Assembly: GCA_965644295.1 (NCBI GenBank)
Contig: CBFFRP010000218.1
Coordinates: 310,001-374,000 of the forward strand
Reading direction: 5' to 3'
Length of the DNA: 64,000 bases
Origin: Paraphysomonas bandaiensis
Lineage: Eukaryota > Protista > Chrysophyceae
In this document: positions 36,162-50,800 of the stretch, in pieces
Layout: every line of letters starts with the position of its first letter
How positions within the stretch are numbered: the stretch's first letter is position 1
Program-made: the position numbers and the translations under genes
The notes under the pieces: generated by a model
What the model was told of the DNA's origin: nothing
What the model saw: the letters and a program-made list of their open reading frames with translations, nothing else
The model's database searches: none

Positions 36162-37913
36162 ATGGCAGCGGAGACGAAGACAGAGACAGCAACCACAATT
36201 GTCACTCTCACTACTCGTCGGCTAGCCTCCAAAGAGGACTGTCTCATGGAAAATTATAACACATTATCACGAGCCTCTAAAGAGGACTGTCTCATGGAAG
36301 ACTATAAAACATTATCACGGTCTCCGGGAATGACCTGGGGTGCGGAACGATTGCTAAAAGCTTCCAGACTCTCCTCCAGGAGCCTGGATTCACCTCGTCC
36401 GGGTCCGTGGAGAGAGGGGATCAGCTACCCTGCTGGCTTCGGTATACGGATTGACCCGAGGTCACACTTGGAGGTTTTTGATCGAAAACATAGATACGGA
36501 AAGAATTTACGATTATACTATGAAGAATGGGTTAGGTTGAGGGTAGAAATGCAGTTTTTTGAATGGCTCGATTGTGACGAATGTGTTGAGGTACGTTGAG
36601 TTGTTCAGAAGTAATTCGGTCGATGAATATGTATTTTGTTCTGTATTATCTAATATTTTGGCTAACAAATTGGTAAAGCTTCCAGATTGTTCAAGGCAAT
36701 TACTGGAAGATGATACGGTGTATTACTGCACTAGCGACACTGACCGCGAGCAGTACCTGGTCAGAATAGGCACAGATGGACTGCTATATCATAGACCCTC
36801 TAAACACAGTCAGGACAACTTTAGAGCGGGGGAAGATAGGGATGGGTGGATCAGATTGACAACTCAGGCTGCTGATGGCTGGATATTCGTGCTCAAGAAT
36901 AGTCGTATTTATGCCCACGAAAAAGTCACTGAAGCTCGCCCAAGGTAGACACAGTACTTTTGTTGTTGTCACAGTGGTTGAATACTGCTGGATGAGACTC
37001 GTTTTTCCTTCGCTTTTCATCCCAGATATATGACGATATTTATTTTTCATGTGTTATGTGCTCTTATTTATTGGTTCTTAGGTTCCACCACTCATCTTTT
37101 TTTGCGGGGGCTGACGTAGATGCCGCCGGTATGTTTGTTGTGGAAAACGGCGTGCTTGTGCAGCTGTATCCCCACAGTGGTCACTATCGACCCGGAGAGG
37201 TACATATGTACTTTCTGCTCCACTTCCTTGAGGCCACTGGAGTGACACTTCAAGACGTAGAGGTGGATGCACAAAGGCTGGCTCATGTTGCTCGACAGAA
37301 GCTTCCAGGTAGAAGTATGTAATATATATTCGATATGCAACTGTATTTATAATCACCCTGTATGAAATGGGTACGACGGGCATCAGTAAAGTTAGTTTAT
37401 TTTTTGACTCTCTATCTTTTCTTGTTGTAGGCAACCGCGGCAAGGCTAGAAAGATAGACACCCCTCATATGTGGGCTGGGGACAGAATGCTTAACTTTTT
37501 AAGGTAGAATGGATATTATTTGAGCTATCTGCCCTTATTATATGTAATGTGTGTACTGTAGGATCAAAAAACATGCTTGGGAATCTGGCCTTTTCCATGA
37601 TATCCTGCTCATTAACTCTTCCTGTACCCTGCCTGTACCCATTAACTCTGCAGGATATCATACTACTTCCCACTCACACTATGCTTCTGGCTCATTTGGG
37701 GGCGGGAACCTTGGACACCCCACTGTGCTGTACCCCGCTATATCTGCCTACCCACTTACAGCCCGACTTAGAGATGAACTTATCATGCAAGCCACGAATA
37801 ATCAACCAACTAGCAACAATCAAACCGGCACTGAACTGATAGTTAGTAGTCGGTACGTGAAAAGTCGATGCAACAGCTTCCAAGACGAGGGTAGCTCAGA
37901 TGTGAATGCCTAA
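36162..37913 (+). CDS. IQM-family (plant calmodulin-binding IQM-like) protein, multi-exon
   Basis: HLEVFDRKHRYGKNLRLYYEEW..FFEWLD, WIFVL and FHHSSFFAG..AAG..VENGVL..YPHSGHYRP are the conserved IQM blocks. Confidence 0.85.
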
Positions 37914-39539
37914 TATCATACGCTATTGTCTAACATTAGTAGCTTGTGAGATATATATTTCATATTGCTTTGTGATGAATAGCGTGTATCATGGTTCCTT
38001 TTTGTTATTTGATGCAGTAGTTCAAGTTGTTGTGCTTGTTGTACAGACGATTGTGTGTATGGTATTGTAGTTCGTATTGGATGCGTAATCATAGCTTTAC
38101 TGATGTATTTAACGTAGAATTGAATAGTGCGATAATCTAAATTTACTCAACCGTAGTTGGAATACGAATGTTTCTCTGAGATGGAACTGTACTATTTATT
38201 AAATACAATGTGAAAAACGGAAATGCGTAGTCCGAATACTGTATAGCTATAAAACTTTAAAACTGCAGTATCAAGACGATTCAAGATACCGAAGTTTATC
38301 GGTGGTTGCCATCAGAATGATGAAATTATGTTGGTGATAAGTTTTACACGTAATGACATTATTAGTAGTGAATGTCTTATTATTAGCTATATTAGCAATA
38401 ATAAGCATTGCAATTTAACAGGCTAGTGCTTAACTCTGATATCCTACTATTTGACGCTACTGAGGCTGCTTGTGCGTCGTCGCAAGCACCAAGGTGCCAC
38501 CACTTTCACTCTATATTGAAAGACTTATTTAGCAGTTGGCGTTTCAAATCTTCACCAATGTAGTGGCTAGTTAAATGCTAGACAGACTATTTAGACCTCT
38601 GTCCATAACTATTAGCACAAACTCTATTATCCTACTATATTTAGCGCTACAGAAGCTGCTTATGCGTCGCCGCAAGCACCAAGGTGCAACCACTTTCACT
38701 CTATCACTCAAAGCAAACAACTCTGAGCTAACACAATATATTTGATTAATCATATTTTACTCTTCATAATCACATAGCTTTCATCTATTATTATAATATC
38801 TATCGAACATTTCTGATAATTACCTGCAATGAAGAACGCTGTTCATGTTCGATATCTAATAATTAGAATATGTACTGTCTCTCTGCCAAATGCTATGTGT
38901 CATAGCCGCCCATTTTGGTCACAGCACGAAAATTATTATTCGATTGCGAACTAGTTGACCGTCATCTCTTTCATATTTATCGCGCACAAGGTGTTTGAAT
39001 TACTTCTTTGAAGCAAGGCATCAAGAAGTTTTCTCTTTTTCTTGAGAGCCAGCTTATTGTTCCTACATAGCATATTGTGAATATATGCGTGTGAAGTATT
39101 GTCGAAGTGGCTAATGTATGAACCGCTGCTGCTGCATTTGAAAGGCACAGAGCTACCAAGAAGTTACGACGACAGCTTGGCACCCAGTATCGATCGACCA
39201 AACATATATTTAGTACAACTAACGTTGTGGGGCGTTTTTTTTCAGGATATATTTTTTGCGACAAGGAAAATGACCCCACGACGCCACAAACTGCTGCAGT
39301 TCCTTCGGTTGAACAAGCACTTGTGGATCGCAGAAAACAGAGTGCAACAGGTCATCGATGTTGGACCGCACGATCATGACAAGAATGAGGACGACAGCGA
39401 AAAAAATTGAAATACTTAGAGTACTAGTAGTTGCTGCATTGTTATTGGGTTTTCTCATCATCATGCGTTGTAACTTCTACTAAAACTAGTTCCCTCAACA
39501 AAGTCGGACTCGCAATAATTCGTGTGGTTCTGGAAAATG

Positions 39540-40012
39540 AGTACCGGAAATATATCTCCGGGAAACTAACGCGAGCCGCAAACATAAATATAGGAATATT
39601 TTATTATTACATGAGAACGGTTGTGCACAGAAACTAGGAGCCGCAAACATAGACAGCAGATAACGCTCTGCCTACTCATAGCCAAATGCTTTGTGGTATT
39701 ATTGGTCTTGAAAATATTAATATTAATTTTTTGCTGGCGATATATTGCAATATATTGTTGACTGGCCCTGGGTACAAGGGACACTAATATAAGAGTCGCT
39801 AGTGTGGTCGTCTTTGGGCCCGGACGAATGAGCGGGCATCAGATAATGGGCCCACCTCAAGGGCATCCGGGCTGTTTACCTTAAGGACTGAGAGCGAAAT
39901 GGTTGCACCTTGGTGCTTCCAGCGACGCACATGCAGCTTTCGTGGCGCCAAATAGTAGGACATCAGAGTTAAGCACTACTTAGTTAAATTACTTTGCTAT
40001 ATTAGTCGTGAC
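39540..40012 (-). repeat. Repeat family A copy
   Basis: GGTTGCACCTTGGTGC and CAGAGTTAAGCACTA shared with 631-1098. Confidence 0.8.
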
Positions 40013-40281
40013 TAGACATATATATTGCAATATATTTATTATATATTATTGGTCATTAAAATATTATTATTTATTTTTGCTGGAAATATATTGCAATATA
40101 GACATTTTACCCGGCCCTGCAATTTTGTATGCAATAATAATAATCTATACACTCTGACAACTTAACTTCTTAACGATCTAAGATATGTTACACATGCGAC
40201 GTCAAAGGTCAAAGAACTTCAACATCTAAATCCAATGTCAATGTGCATGCAAATATATAAGTGACACAATTAGCTGTTAGA

Positions 40282-41345
40282 TTAGCCGTAAGGTATATGA
40301 GGACCTGTGACACACCCTTCGCAGCTCTTATCTTCTGACCCACAACAGTCCCAAAACAGCGCTTCCCACCCTACCAATATACCAGAAACACTATTCAGTG
40401 ATGACGCGCTGATGTATCACTTTTCTCACCTTCCTGTCCGTTCCCATAATATCCTAGTGCATCTCCCTGTCCTGCTACTGAAAGTTTTGTCTCAGCGGGA
40501 TGTTTGCGGCACACATAGAGTCCGGGATGGTATCGGCAGCTGCAACTGTTGAGGATACGTAGGTACTGACAATGACACCGACTGCAGGTAGTAGTCGCGT
40601 ACGGGGAATAGAATGCAACTACATGCTGGTGAGTTAAGTCTCCAGATAAAGCCCGATCACAACCAGTGAATAGGGTAGATTCAAGGGGACATGATCGTAG
40701 ACGGGCAGTACAATGAGCTCTCTCCTCTGTGTCCGCTGGACAGGTGACCCGAACCCACTCAATCGCATAATGGGCAACACATGTAGATTTAAATCCTCGG
40801 GAAAACATAAGTTCCCTGAAGTTGGCCTCATACGCCACATCATTAGGAAACGGGACACTATCAAAAGTTACTAGTACTATAGTATTACTGCTACATAGAT
40901 CGTTTATCGTCCACACAAGATCACGTTGTTGCTTGATCAGACAAGCACATTCACAAACCAAAACAACATCAGGATGATGTTCCAATCGCATTGCTCTTGT
41001 CGTAGGTTGACCCCATTCCAGTTCGGATACTGTAACACATCCCTTTAGCTCACTGCTTACGGCAGCGGCATTCTCCACACAGAGATCAATTTCTCTATCA
41101 GTCAGCACCACCCTCGATCCTTGTCCAGCGCAAAACATGCCGCATAGCCCTGTGCCACATCCTAATTCTACGATAGATAATCCCGATATCTGAAACTGAT
41201 CAAGGTAATCACACAGTGCTACAGTTCCATCCCACACAATCCCTCCAATGCCATCCACCATGGATGTGTTCTCATTTACAAACACCTCCACACCAGATTC
41301 ACTTAATATGTGCACCCTAGATCCCCTTTTCCAACATCGGACCAT
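40282..41345 (-). CDS. METTL21/family-16 protein methyltransferase with C-terminal Cys/His-rich (zinc-binding-like) domain
   Basis: GGIVWDGTVALCDYL, IVELGCGTGLCG, VVLTD, LEWG. The C-terminus CSRC..CRYHPG..|GWEALFWDCCG..CEGCVTGPH follows a GT-AG intron; stop at 40282. The 5' end is uncertain and an upstream exon beyond the microsatellite is possible. Confidence 0.85.
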
Positions 41346-41419
41346 GATCAACAATAACTGCCGCTGTAAGACAACTCAAACATAAGCAAGATGTACAGGG
41401 TGTACGAAGTACTAGAAGT

Positions 41420-41628
41420 GTGTATGTATGTATGTATGTATGTATGTATGTATGTATGTATGTATGTATGTATGTATGTATGTATGTATGTATGTATGTA
41501 TGTATGTATGTATGTATGTATGTATGTATGTATGTATGTATGTATGTATGTATGTATGTATGTATGTATGTATGTATGTATGTATGTATGTATGTATGTA
41601 TGTATGTATGTATGTATGTATGTATGTA
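41420..41628. repeat. (TATG)n microsatellite, ~200 bp
   Basis: Direct reading; it produces the spurious MYVC/YIHT ORFs. Confidence 0.97.
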
Positions 41629-41831
41629 TATATTATGTATTACGTACAAAGGTAGGTAGGTAGGTATGTACTCTGTATATATATATGAATTGTATAGATT
41701 GGATTAATTTGACCGTATTGGACCGTGGAAGTTCGGGCCGAGCGAAATCGACTTAGAAAAGGAGAACTGTTTTCCATGCCATTACTTTTGCGTTTTGCTT
41801 CTCTGTATTTGTGTCGCTTTGAGAGGTGAGG

Positions 41832-44800
41832 ATGCTCCGAGAGGTGCTGTCCTTCGCTCTGCGGGCTTGGCACTATGTTGTCACTTTATGTGGACGTATC
41901 TACTGCGTTATCTGCGTCCTGTCGAGGTTGGTACCGTCATGCAATGCTTTTAGTGGCGAACTTAATTTTCCAGCTTTCGACTGTATGGATATCAGAATCG
42001 GAGATTTCTTAGTGCAACGTTTGTGTTGGGAGTCTATTATAATAAAATTTAGGTGGTCGGGGTTGGAAATCAGTTGTTGCAGCGTGAAATGCGATGTTCA
42101 TATTCCGGATAGAAGTCGAACTTACACTAACAATGCTTCAAGAAGTAATGTCAAATGCGAAACAAGGCCTTTATGGCTGTCATTTGTCCCACCAGTCCAT
42201 ATAGAAATAGTGAGTTTGCTCCTGGTCGGGATATCAAAAGACTCTAACTTAGTCGAACTTAACATGTCTGCTCTTGATAGCAAAATAGAGAAGCGGCTGT
42301 TAAACCCTGCTTTCACTGTAGAAACAATGAATTTTCGTGTCGCTGGAAGGCATCAGGCTGTTAGTGATATAATATGCGCTGAGAAAATTAATTTTCGGAT
42401 TTGCCATCGAAATATATCCGTGGCATTAAATAGTGTTGAACTAAACGCAGATTTCAATACGTGTGACACGATTACTGACTTGCTGGGATGTCTTTTGCCG
42501 CCCCATAGAGATTGTGATGTTGAAGAAGGGGCAGGTGCTATTCAAGTTGAAACAGTATTGCAAGCTTACAAGAATAGCAACAATGAGATTGAAAAAAATG
42601 AAGATATAGGTAGAAGACAGAAAGACAGAGTTGGAGATGGGAATGCGTCGTGCTCGTACACTTGTTCACTTCCGCCCATGAAAGTTAATGTAGATATTGG
42701 AGTTATCGTTGTGGCAACAGTAAGCCGAGAGCCACCGTCCTCACGCCGACGACATTTTTCAATATGTGGAATTAATGTACAATACTCTACCTCACCAGTT
42801 TCATTCTCTTTACAATGTAAGCAGTATAGCGCTCAGCCGTTCGATACCCAACATTTGGTGGGATACGACTTAAATAGTGCGGGAAATTGGCTTATGGTAG
42901 AGTATGTTGATAAGCCCTGCGAAAGGGCTATGTCAAGTGTGAATGCATGCAGTCGTCACCCAGTACTATCTATTCATGTGCGCCCAGTTTTGTTACCTGT
43001 TTATCTCGACGATCTGTGCTCCGCCATGTTATTATGGAAGGATATTGTTTCGCTCACTGAAAGTAGGTATACACTCCGGGAACTCCGTTGCCGAAAATTG
43101 AATCGCATACGTGATACAACATCCCACACCTTCCGCCCAATTGAAGTGAATGTTCAATGCGATAGTGTAGATTTAGTGTTGTTAGTGCCAACATGGTTGA
43201 ATAAGCGATACCTGGTGTGGAGAACATGCGATTTTGGAATACGAACAATATGTTCCCCTGATCAAAACACCTGGTCACTGTGCTTATCAATTGGTAGAAT
43301 TCTGTCATTGATACAGTTTCCTGTATCTGAATCGACGCAGAAGCACGAAATTTTATCCCTAAACAAAGTATCAGTGAAATTACCTCTTCACGACCACGAA
43401 AAAGTACAATTTGCGAAGGTAGTTGAGTTCGTTGAGTCATCTCCAACAATGAGTTATGCCTATTGTTCCGAATGGTTGGAAACTAACTCATCAGCTCGTC
43501 GTATTGATCAGAGATGCTGTGCTAGTGTTGATGAATGTATAGTCTCGATATCTGACAGCGATGTAGCGGTTATTACATCAGTTATTAATGCGTTGTCGTT
43601 GTCACTGAGAACTTATGTCGCCCCTGAGGATTCATTCGCACGAATTTTTCACACCAGAAATATTCCCTGTTGTTGTCTGGATATGAATATTCATTCGTTC
43701 GAAGTAATCTTACAAAATCTTGCTGGCTCGAGTAAGTATAAGAGGTCGCCGCAAAAATTTCGGGTTGGCTCTCATGATATCGAAGTGTCTATGGCCCTGG
43801 CGCCTCCAGTTGTGCGTTGTGTCCATATTTCAACAGCATCCAGTCGTGTACAACTGACATGCTCCAGAGACGATATAGAAATACCACTTATGAATTTTGA
43901 CTTGTTTCAGCATACCAGCGAGAAGAGGAGGTTCACAATTGCTAAGTTAATATCTAGGCCTGTTGATATTTGGTTCTGCCAAGAGTCTAGTTATCCGTTA
44001 GCATTAGCCTTCGTGTCAACGGCATGTTACTTGCAGATTTACTGCCTATCTGGCCATATTGATACATCTGACTGTATAGCGCTGTCAGACTTTATCACTG
44101 AAAGCAAAGTGCAAACCTATCACTCTCGTGAGTGGTTTGTGCGGCTTTCTCGTAGGCTTCCGCATAGCGTTTTGGTTGTGCCATCAATGCATGTGAATAA
44201 TACATTGACTGCAGATATTTCTCCTCTTGTGATAGCTCTAGTAGATATTGAACGAACCCGCATCGATATGCTCCATCACTCTGTCGATGTTGGGTTTATA
44301 TTGGCAAAGTCGATTGGAATCAGTTCTGTTACGTACATTTTACCGGGGTTGTATCAGGTCAGCGGGCGCGTGCTTGATGTCTGCATCGCTGATCTCACAG
44401 AAGAGAAGTCATTTTATAAAAATGTTGTGGAATGTGTCCAATCTGAAAACGCTGCAGATGTAGCACGCCCTGTTGTTGAGTTTCACATGACGTCTTATTT
44501 GAATGCTAAGCCATTGCTGGAAGTCAATAGTCATAATCTAAGGGTCGTATATTTGCAACGAGCAGTAATGACCATCATTTCATATATAAGAGACTGTGCT
44601 CTGGCTGAATTGTTCAGATCTGTACCATATAAGTCCACACCTGTGGTTGTATCTGGTATTTGCAATGATGACCTCGTATACACTGCTCTCAGTCAAGCTT
44701 TACCTGTTCTTGACCCTGGAGTATTTCGGTTTGCCTGGAATATCAGCAATTCCGAGTTCCATTTACCTGTGAACAGCCGCAGTGACGATGGACTGGTTTT

Positions 44801-47800
44801 TGTATTTAAGCGGCTATATATGTACTCTTTGTATGTCGATTACGAGTTTTTTGGGAAAACTGGATACTCTATGGGGCCATTATGTTCGGACCGACATATA
44901 TGGCTGTCGAAATATTATGCTCTAAAATCTCTTTGCTCTGAGATAAGTACAACGAGTCGTTGCTGGGATGTAACTGCATATCCCAATCATCTACTGTCTC
45001 CCATTGCCTTTTCGCAATCTCATGACAGCTCAAACCTAAAACACGAAACCCAATTAGCCATGAATCTGACTGACTCTGTGATTTGCACATGGTGCTCTGA
45101 TAATACCATTGCGAAAGGGTTGAATATTGGTGCGCTGCTAACTATTCAGGAGGTCCACCAGGCTCCAAGTGGTTTGTATTCATCTGTATTCAATAGTTTA
45201 GGCTTTATATCTATGTACCCTTTAAATATATTTGCAACTGAACTCATGATTGAAGAGGTAGATTGGGTACTATCGAGAGGGCAGTATATGGCAATCGTGC
45301 TGCTAATTCAGCAGAATTTTCCGGAGTTAACTAAAGTGGTTCCCCCATTACCGTGCAGCGTGCCATGTAATGTACATTTGAACACCAATTTATTTGGAAA
45401 ACGGGCATTAGAAGACAGATTGCCGTTTCATATCACTGTACCATTGGATGTTGAGTATGGTCGGATTCATATGATTGAAGATAACAAAGAGTATTACCGC
45501 AGACTATTTTCGTCTCACCAGGCTAAGAGTAAATTCGTAAAAGATGAGAATTACCTCCTCTACGTAAGAGAAGAAACGGAGAATTTTGTCACACATTGGT
45601 TCGATTCAGAAGTTCGCTTGGAAACTGAGAATGACTGCGAAGTATTTGAACAATTTAATTGCTTTCAGGTACCTAACTGGTCATTTCATCACACATTTCG
45701 AAAGTATATGGAGTTCGGCTTCAAAAACTATGTCATCGCGGAAGATGATGTACTGAGTGGTGACAGTGGCAGCGACAGCGACAGTCGAACTAATCGAAGT
45801 GTCAACTCGTTGGATTCTATTGGGATAATATTTTTCACATCATTGGAATTTAATTTTTTGCGTCAGCATCACGGAGGTGGAATTAGTATAGTCGCGTCAG
45901 CTAAGGATTTTGTCATCACGAGAGGATCGAATTGGGATTCATTCCACAGTGGTTGTCGTCCTGAAGATATTGTTATGGATAGCGATGATGATTCTTTTGA
46001 TGAAAAAACTAGAGATCCACTGAACGTGTTGTATGACATCGATGATATTCCGGAAGAGTTTATTATCGTGAAACAGACTCCATGCCTCCCTGAATCGATT
46101 GATCCTCAAAGTTTCCCTGATGTCGAACGAAGGAGTATTCATTACTTTCAGAACGGAATGGCTAATTTGAGAAGGTGCATCGTAGAACTGGATGACTGCA
46201 TCGCAGTTGTGCATATTCCAGCTCTCATGCGCATCATTAATTTCTTCGTTGAGTGTATAACACTGACCGACATGAGGGAGAAAGACCATATTGATGTAGA
46301 TTTAGATATGGGTAGGTTTAATTTCAGAGCGTTGTTGGATGTTGAAATTTACGCCACGAACACTGTCGTTTGTTTTCCAAACTACACTTTCCAGTGTCAG
46401 TCGGATACTCGCGGGTTATGTGTTGGCATGGCGTCCCTTCAGTATACTCATACTTGGAGGGGGCTTATTGAAGCAGGCCCAGGGTGGGTGGGGATACAAG
46501 TCATCGTAGATATCGGAAGTGTGTTTATATCACCGCTGGATGAACTGGGTACTCAGGAAATTGAGTCCGTTGTTTCGCCGCTGAAACTCATGTTTTCTAG
46601 TCACTATTGTGTATCGCCACCTGCATCCAATGCGATGACACATTTTGAGGTTGTCCGCAGAGATGTAGATGTTCCATTCCCATCTGCTCAAGATATTCGA
46701 GAAAATCGTGCGTTGAGTGATCATGTTATGTTGCTCACTCTTAAGCCAGCGTCGCCACCCCATATTGCCGAAGATGACGAAGATGATGGGGTTATCTCAC
46801 CGAGGGTCCCAGATCATTTTTCGGAAAAATCACAGTTAATAGATATTAAAGTGTCTATTCCGGATATGATGTTTATCAATGCTGTACAGTCGTCATTATG
46901 TGATGCGTACAAAAGTCGCAAAATGAGACCACCTATCAGAGATAGTTTTCGTATATTGTTTCAGTCTTTTCACGATATAGCGCATACTTGGAGACTGACG
47001 GACATACTGAGTTATGTTCCCAACTCTGATTTGCCTAGTCTTCGTGTCAGCGACTTTATATTGGACACTGCTGACTTCCACGTTCTTATAAGAAACAATA
47101 CCTACGGAGTAAAGATTGCTAGGATTCTTATCAACGAACCACGATTTTCTTTCAACAAATCCCGTAAAGGTATCAATATTGCTGGTAGCCTTGACTCACT
47201 GTTATATTTACACAACCCCAAAATGGGCAAATTTGAACCGGCTATCGAAAGCTTAAAAGTAACGGCAATATGTGCCACAGACGTTACATCAACCTCGCAA
47301 GAGCGACCTAGTGGGGATCAAAGTCAACCTACCAGCAATACAACGAATAAGCTGCGATTCGATATGTACTTTGAACCCGTTGAAGTCAATGTTGCGCAAA
47401 GTATGTACGTTGGTACAATCGGAAAGCTTTCCTTGGGCGATGTTATAACAAGCAAATCTGCCAGTTTGCCAGTTTACCGCATTGTAAATAGACTAGGCGT
47501 TGCTGCAACATGTCTCTTAAATGTCGGTCGACGCGATGAATCAGTGGTATCTAAAGAACTGGGAGTGGATGAAGTACTGGCGGTAGATACGAGGCTATAT
47601 GATGCGCATCGAGGTGAGAGTAGAACGCGACAGCACTTCACCCGTGATTCAGACAAAAGTTTTTCGTATTCAGGACTGTCTTTCGGATTCAATAATACGA
47701 CAGATGAAAGTCACACCATTGAGTTGTTGTTTGAAATGGATAATCTGAAGTATAAGTCCCAGACTCCGGTGCCCATCGACAACGAAGGCTTATTTCAGTT

Positions 47801-50800
47801 TATTATGAAACCGATGATGAATTCATATCAGGCTCGTGAAAGGAATTTGACTGATGATTTTGTTGACATCAGTGCTCCGCCAGAGCTGTTGTATGCGCAG
47901 AAGCCAGGGAGTAACAATATCGCAGTTTTAATGAGTATGCGTGTAGTCGACACCAGTGGGACTCGAGAACTTGAACTTCGTAGTATTTGCTCGCTTCGTA
48001 ATGATACTGAGTGTGAAGTTCAGTTTCAGGCTGAGTTGTGTGGGTCCTCCGTAGATGTAACTTTAAAACCGGATGAAGAGTGGTTTTTGCCCGTCTATTT
48101 GATATCGTCTCAAACTTCGATTCATATGCGGCTCGCGGATCTTTTTTCAATTTTTAGGGGGCAGAATTCTAATGATGACCAACCGTCTCGGTACCTCGTG
48201 AAAGCCCTACCATCCCTATATTCGTTTGTACATACAACAACTGCATGGGTCGGGAGTTCAGTTTCTTTGAAAATGCGAGCGAGTCTCGTCACTATGTTTC
48301 GGACACATAGTATCGATAACTCATATGATGAACTTGCCCAGTGGACATGTATGTTACTGCCGGAGCCTCTAGATGTAGAATCATGTGGAGACGGTGATGG
48401 CACCTCCAAGACTACTAAGAAACGTCGCTGTGTTGTGAAATACCCGACTGCAGATTCATTTACACAGGAGTTTCTTACGCCTAGTAGCAATTCGCGTGTT
48501 CATACTGAGGAGTCCCCTACATCCACAGGAAGTACATTCCGCCGTTTTTCGATTCGACCAACCCCAAGCAAAAAACATTTGAATGATGTGCGTGAAAATA
48601 TGGAGAATGAGCCCAGCATGAGACAGGCTTCTGACATTTTGCATCAACGTATAGTTCCAAGTCGGTTATGTATTGTGGCTCCTATTCGTTTTGTAAATCT
48701 CTTTTGTCAACCCATTGTGTATCGATTTGCTGAGAAGAGAAGTGCTTTGAACTGTAGCGAAGGGACACTAATTGCTGGAGGAAGCATAAATCTCTACCAC
48801 AACCCTCTTCGGGGCCTGAATGTGAGTATTAGGGTTTTAAATTACAAGTGGTCGAATTGGATTCGTTTACCAGTGTTTCCACCCCATTCCAAGACATCTG
48901 AAGAGATTCTCGAGTCCCTGCGTCTCATTCACGAGGATCATCCGATTCGTGTTCCCCCACTTACGTTTAATGTTAGTTGTCATGATCGTAACGTGAAAGT
49001 GGTGTGTCCTTTGTGGCTAATAAATCGTACAGGCATGAATATACATTATGCCGAGGGTGTGTCAATGTTGCCTAGTGGTGAGCGCCTCTCTACTCGGTAT
49101 ATTCCTCATAGAGGGCAACAGCGAATTGAAACATCGCTGGTACATATACCACCCTCTGGTGTTCGTGAAGGTGTGCCTCTGGAGCGCAAAATATTTAAAA
49201 TTCCGATGAAAGACCGAGTCGGGCGACATAGCAGTATGATACTTCCTCGTGGGGGTCTCCTTCAGTTCACGGTGTGCTCTCCTTTCGACCACTGTAAAGC
49301 TGTAGTAGTCAGTCTACCTGGGAGTTGTACTGTGGATCTGTTAGTAATGGAAGTATTGAAAAAACTGTTGAATGCAGCTAACTATACTCCTTGGGTTAGT
49401 GATGGGCCACTGCCTCATGACCCAGCAGGATTTATTAACGGTCATAGTATGAAACCATCCGATTATCTATTGTTTCATCTCAGTGAGCAAGGCAGTACAC
49501 TCTCAGCCCATCCTAGGGCTCCTGTAGATATGCAGCTCATGGAAGACTCTGATTCAAAGCACTCTACGAGTGATGTATCAGTAGATGAATCGTTCTCGTC
49601 AAAGCAGACTGGTCATCACCATACCCTCGGCACTGATTATGGCGGATCCGATCTGGACGCTTTGATTTCATTGGGTTTAAATGTAACACCTTTCATCAAT
49701 GAGAACGGCACCACACTGAGAAACGATACTCAGCTGCATGCTGTACCAGAACCCCGACGATTACTTCTTTGTCACGCATCCGAGTTCAAAATTGTCGACC
49801 AGCTCGCAGGTGTGAAAATGGTACCAAAGAGAAAAGAGTCATCTGTTGTGAGTATGCTCGGTTTTAAGAAATATTTGCCGGTGATGCCGTTTAGGTATTT
49901 TGACGGCGATATACCGTTTAATCCAATGGGAGTACTGGGAATGTTTCCGTCATTTAGTGTGTGTATACCTAATGAAACGGAATGGTCTGACGCAGTTAAT
50001 GTACAAAAAGTTGACTTTGATGTGACAGGATCCCGCAATCTGGATTTGGTTGTATCGTCAAATTGCCAGACAACTCAATCTGAGTTATATGAACTCTCTC
50101 TGCTTGTGAAGCATGGGGAAGGCATATTCAAGGGCATTGCCGCTGTGACAATAGTACCAAGACTGATTTTATCATCGAAACTGCCGTTTGCTCTTCAAAT
50201 CCGTCAAGTTGTTTACGATGAAACTGGTGCAGTGACGGAGTCCTCAGCACCATTTATGTTACTCCCCGGATCTATTCAGCAGTTTCATCATCCACTGAGA
50301 CGAGGAACGAAACTTGTACAAATGATGCAGTATAGCTCTAGTAATGCTGACGAGAACTTATCGATGGAGTGGGGGGGTGAGTTAAGTCTAACTGTACTTG
50401 GAGTCACGCATGTTCGGCTTAGAAATCCTGATAAAATTGTTAATGTACGCGTGGAGTCTGTCGGATCATCACTTTATGCTACCTTGTCATTGCAAAACGC
50501 GAAATGGCCTCCCTATCGCGTCGAAAATATGACATCATTCAAAGTCCGGGTGAAGCAGGTCTGTAAAAAACTCAAGCGGGAGCCGTGTCAAGAGGATACT
50601 GTTTCACCTCGATCATCCATACCGTACGCATGGGATTATTGTTTCAATTATTCTACAGAGAAAATGCTACTTCAAGTGGACTTTGCTCAAATTGGAAACC
50701 GGTGGACATCTATTGAGTTTCCAATGAATGAAGTTGATCATACATGTGAGATTGCGTTGACACGACTTTTACCGGACCTTCGACACCCTATAACTGAAGG

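Noticed and set aside
39099-39410. 103-aa ORF between repeat-A copies
   Set aside because: No recognisable motif; cannot be supported as a gene
41317-41663. ORFs of MYVC/YIHT repeats (also 6507-6806)
   Set aside because: Translation artefacts of TATG/CATA microsatellites
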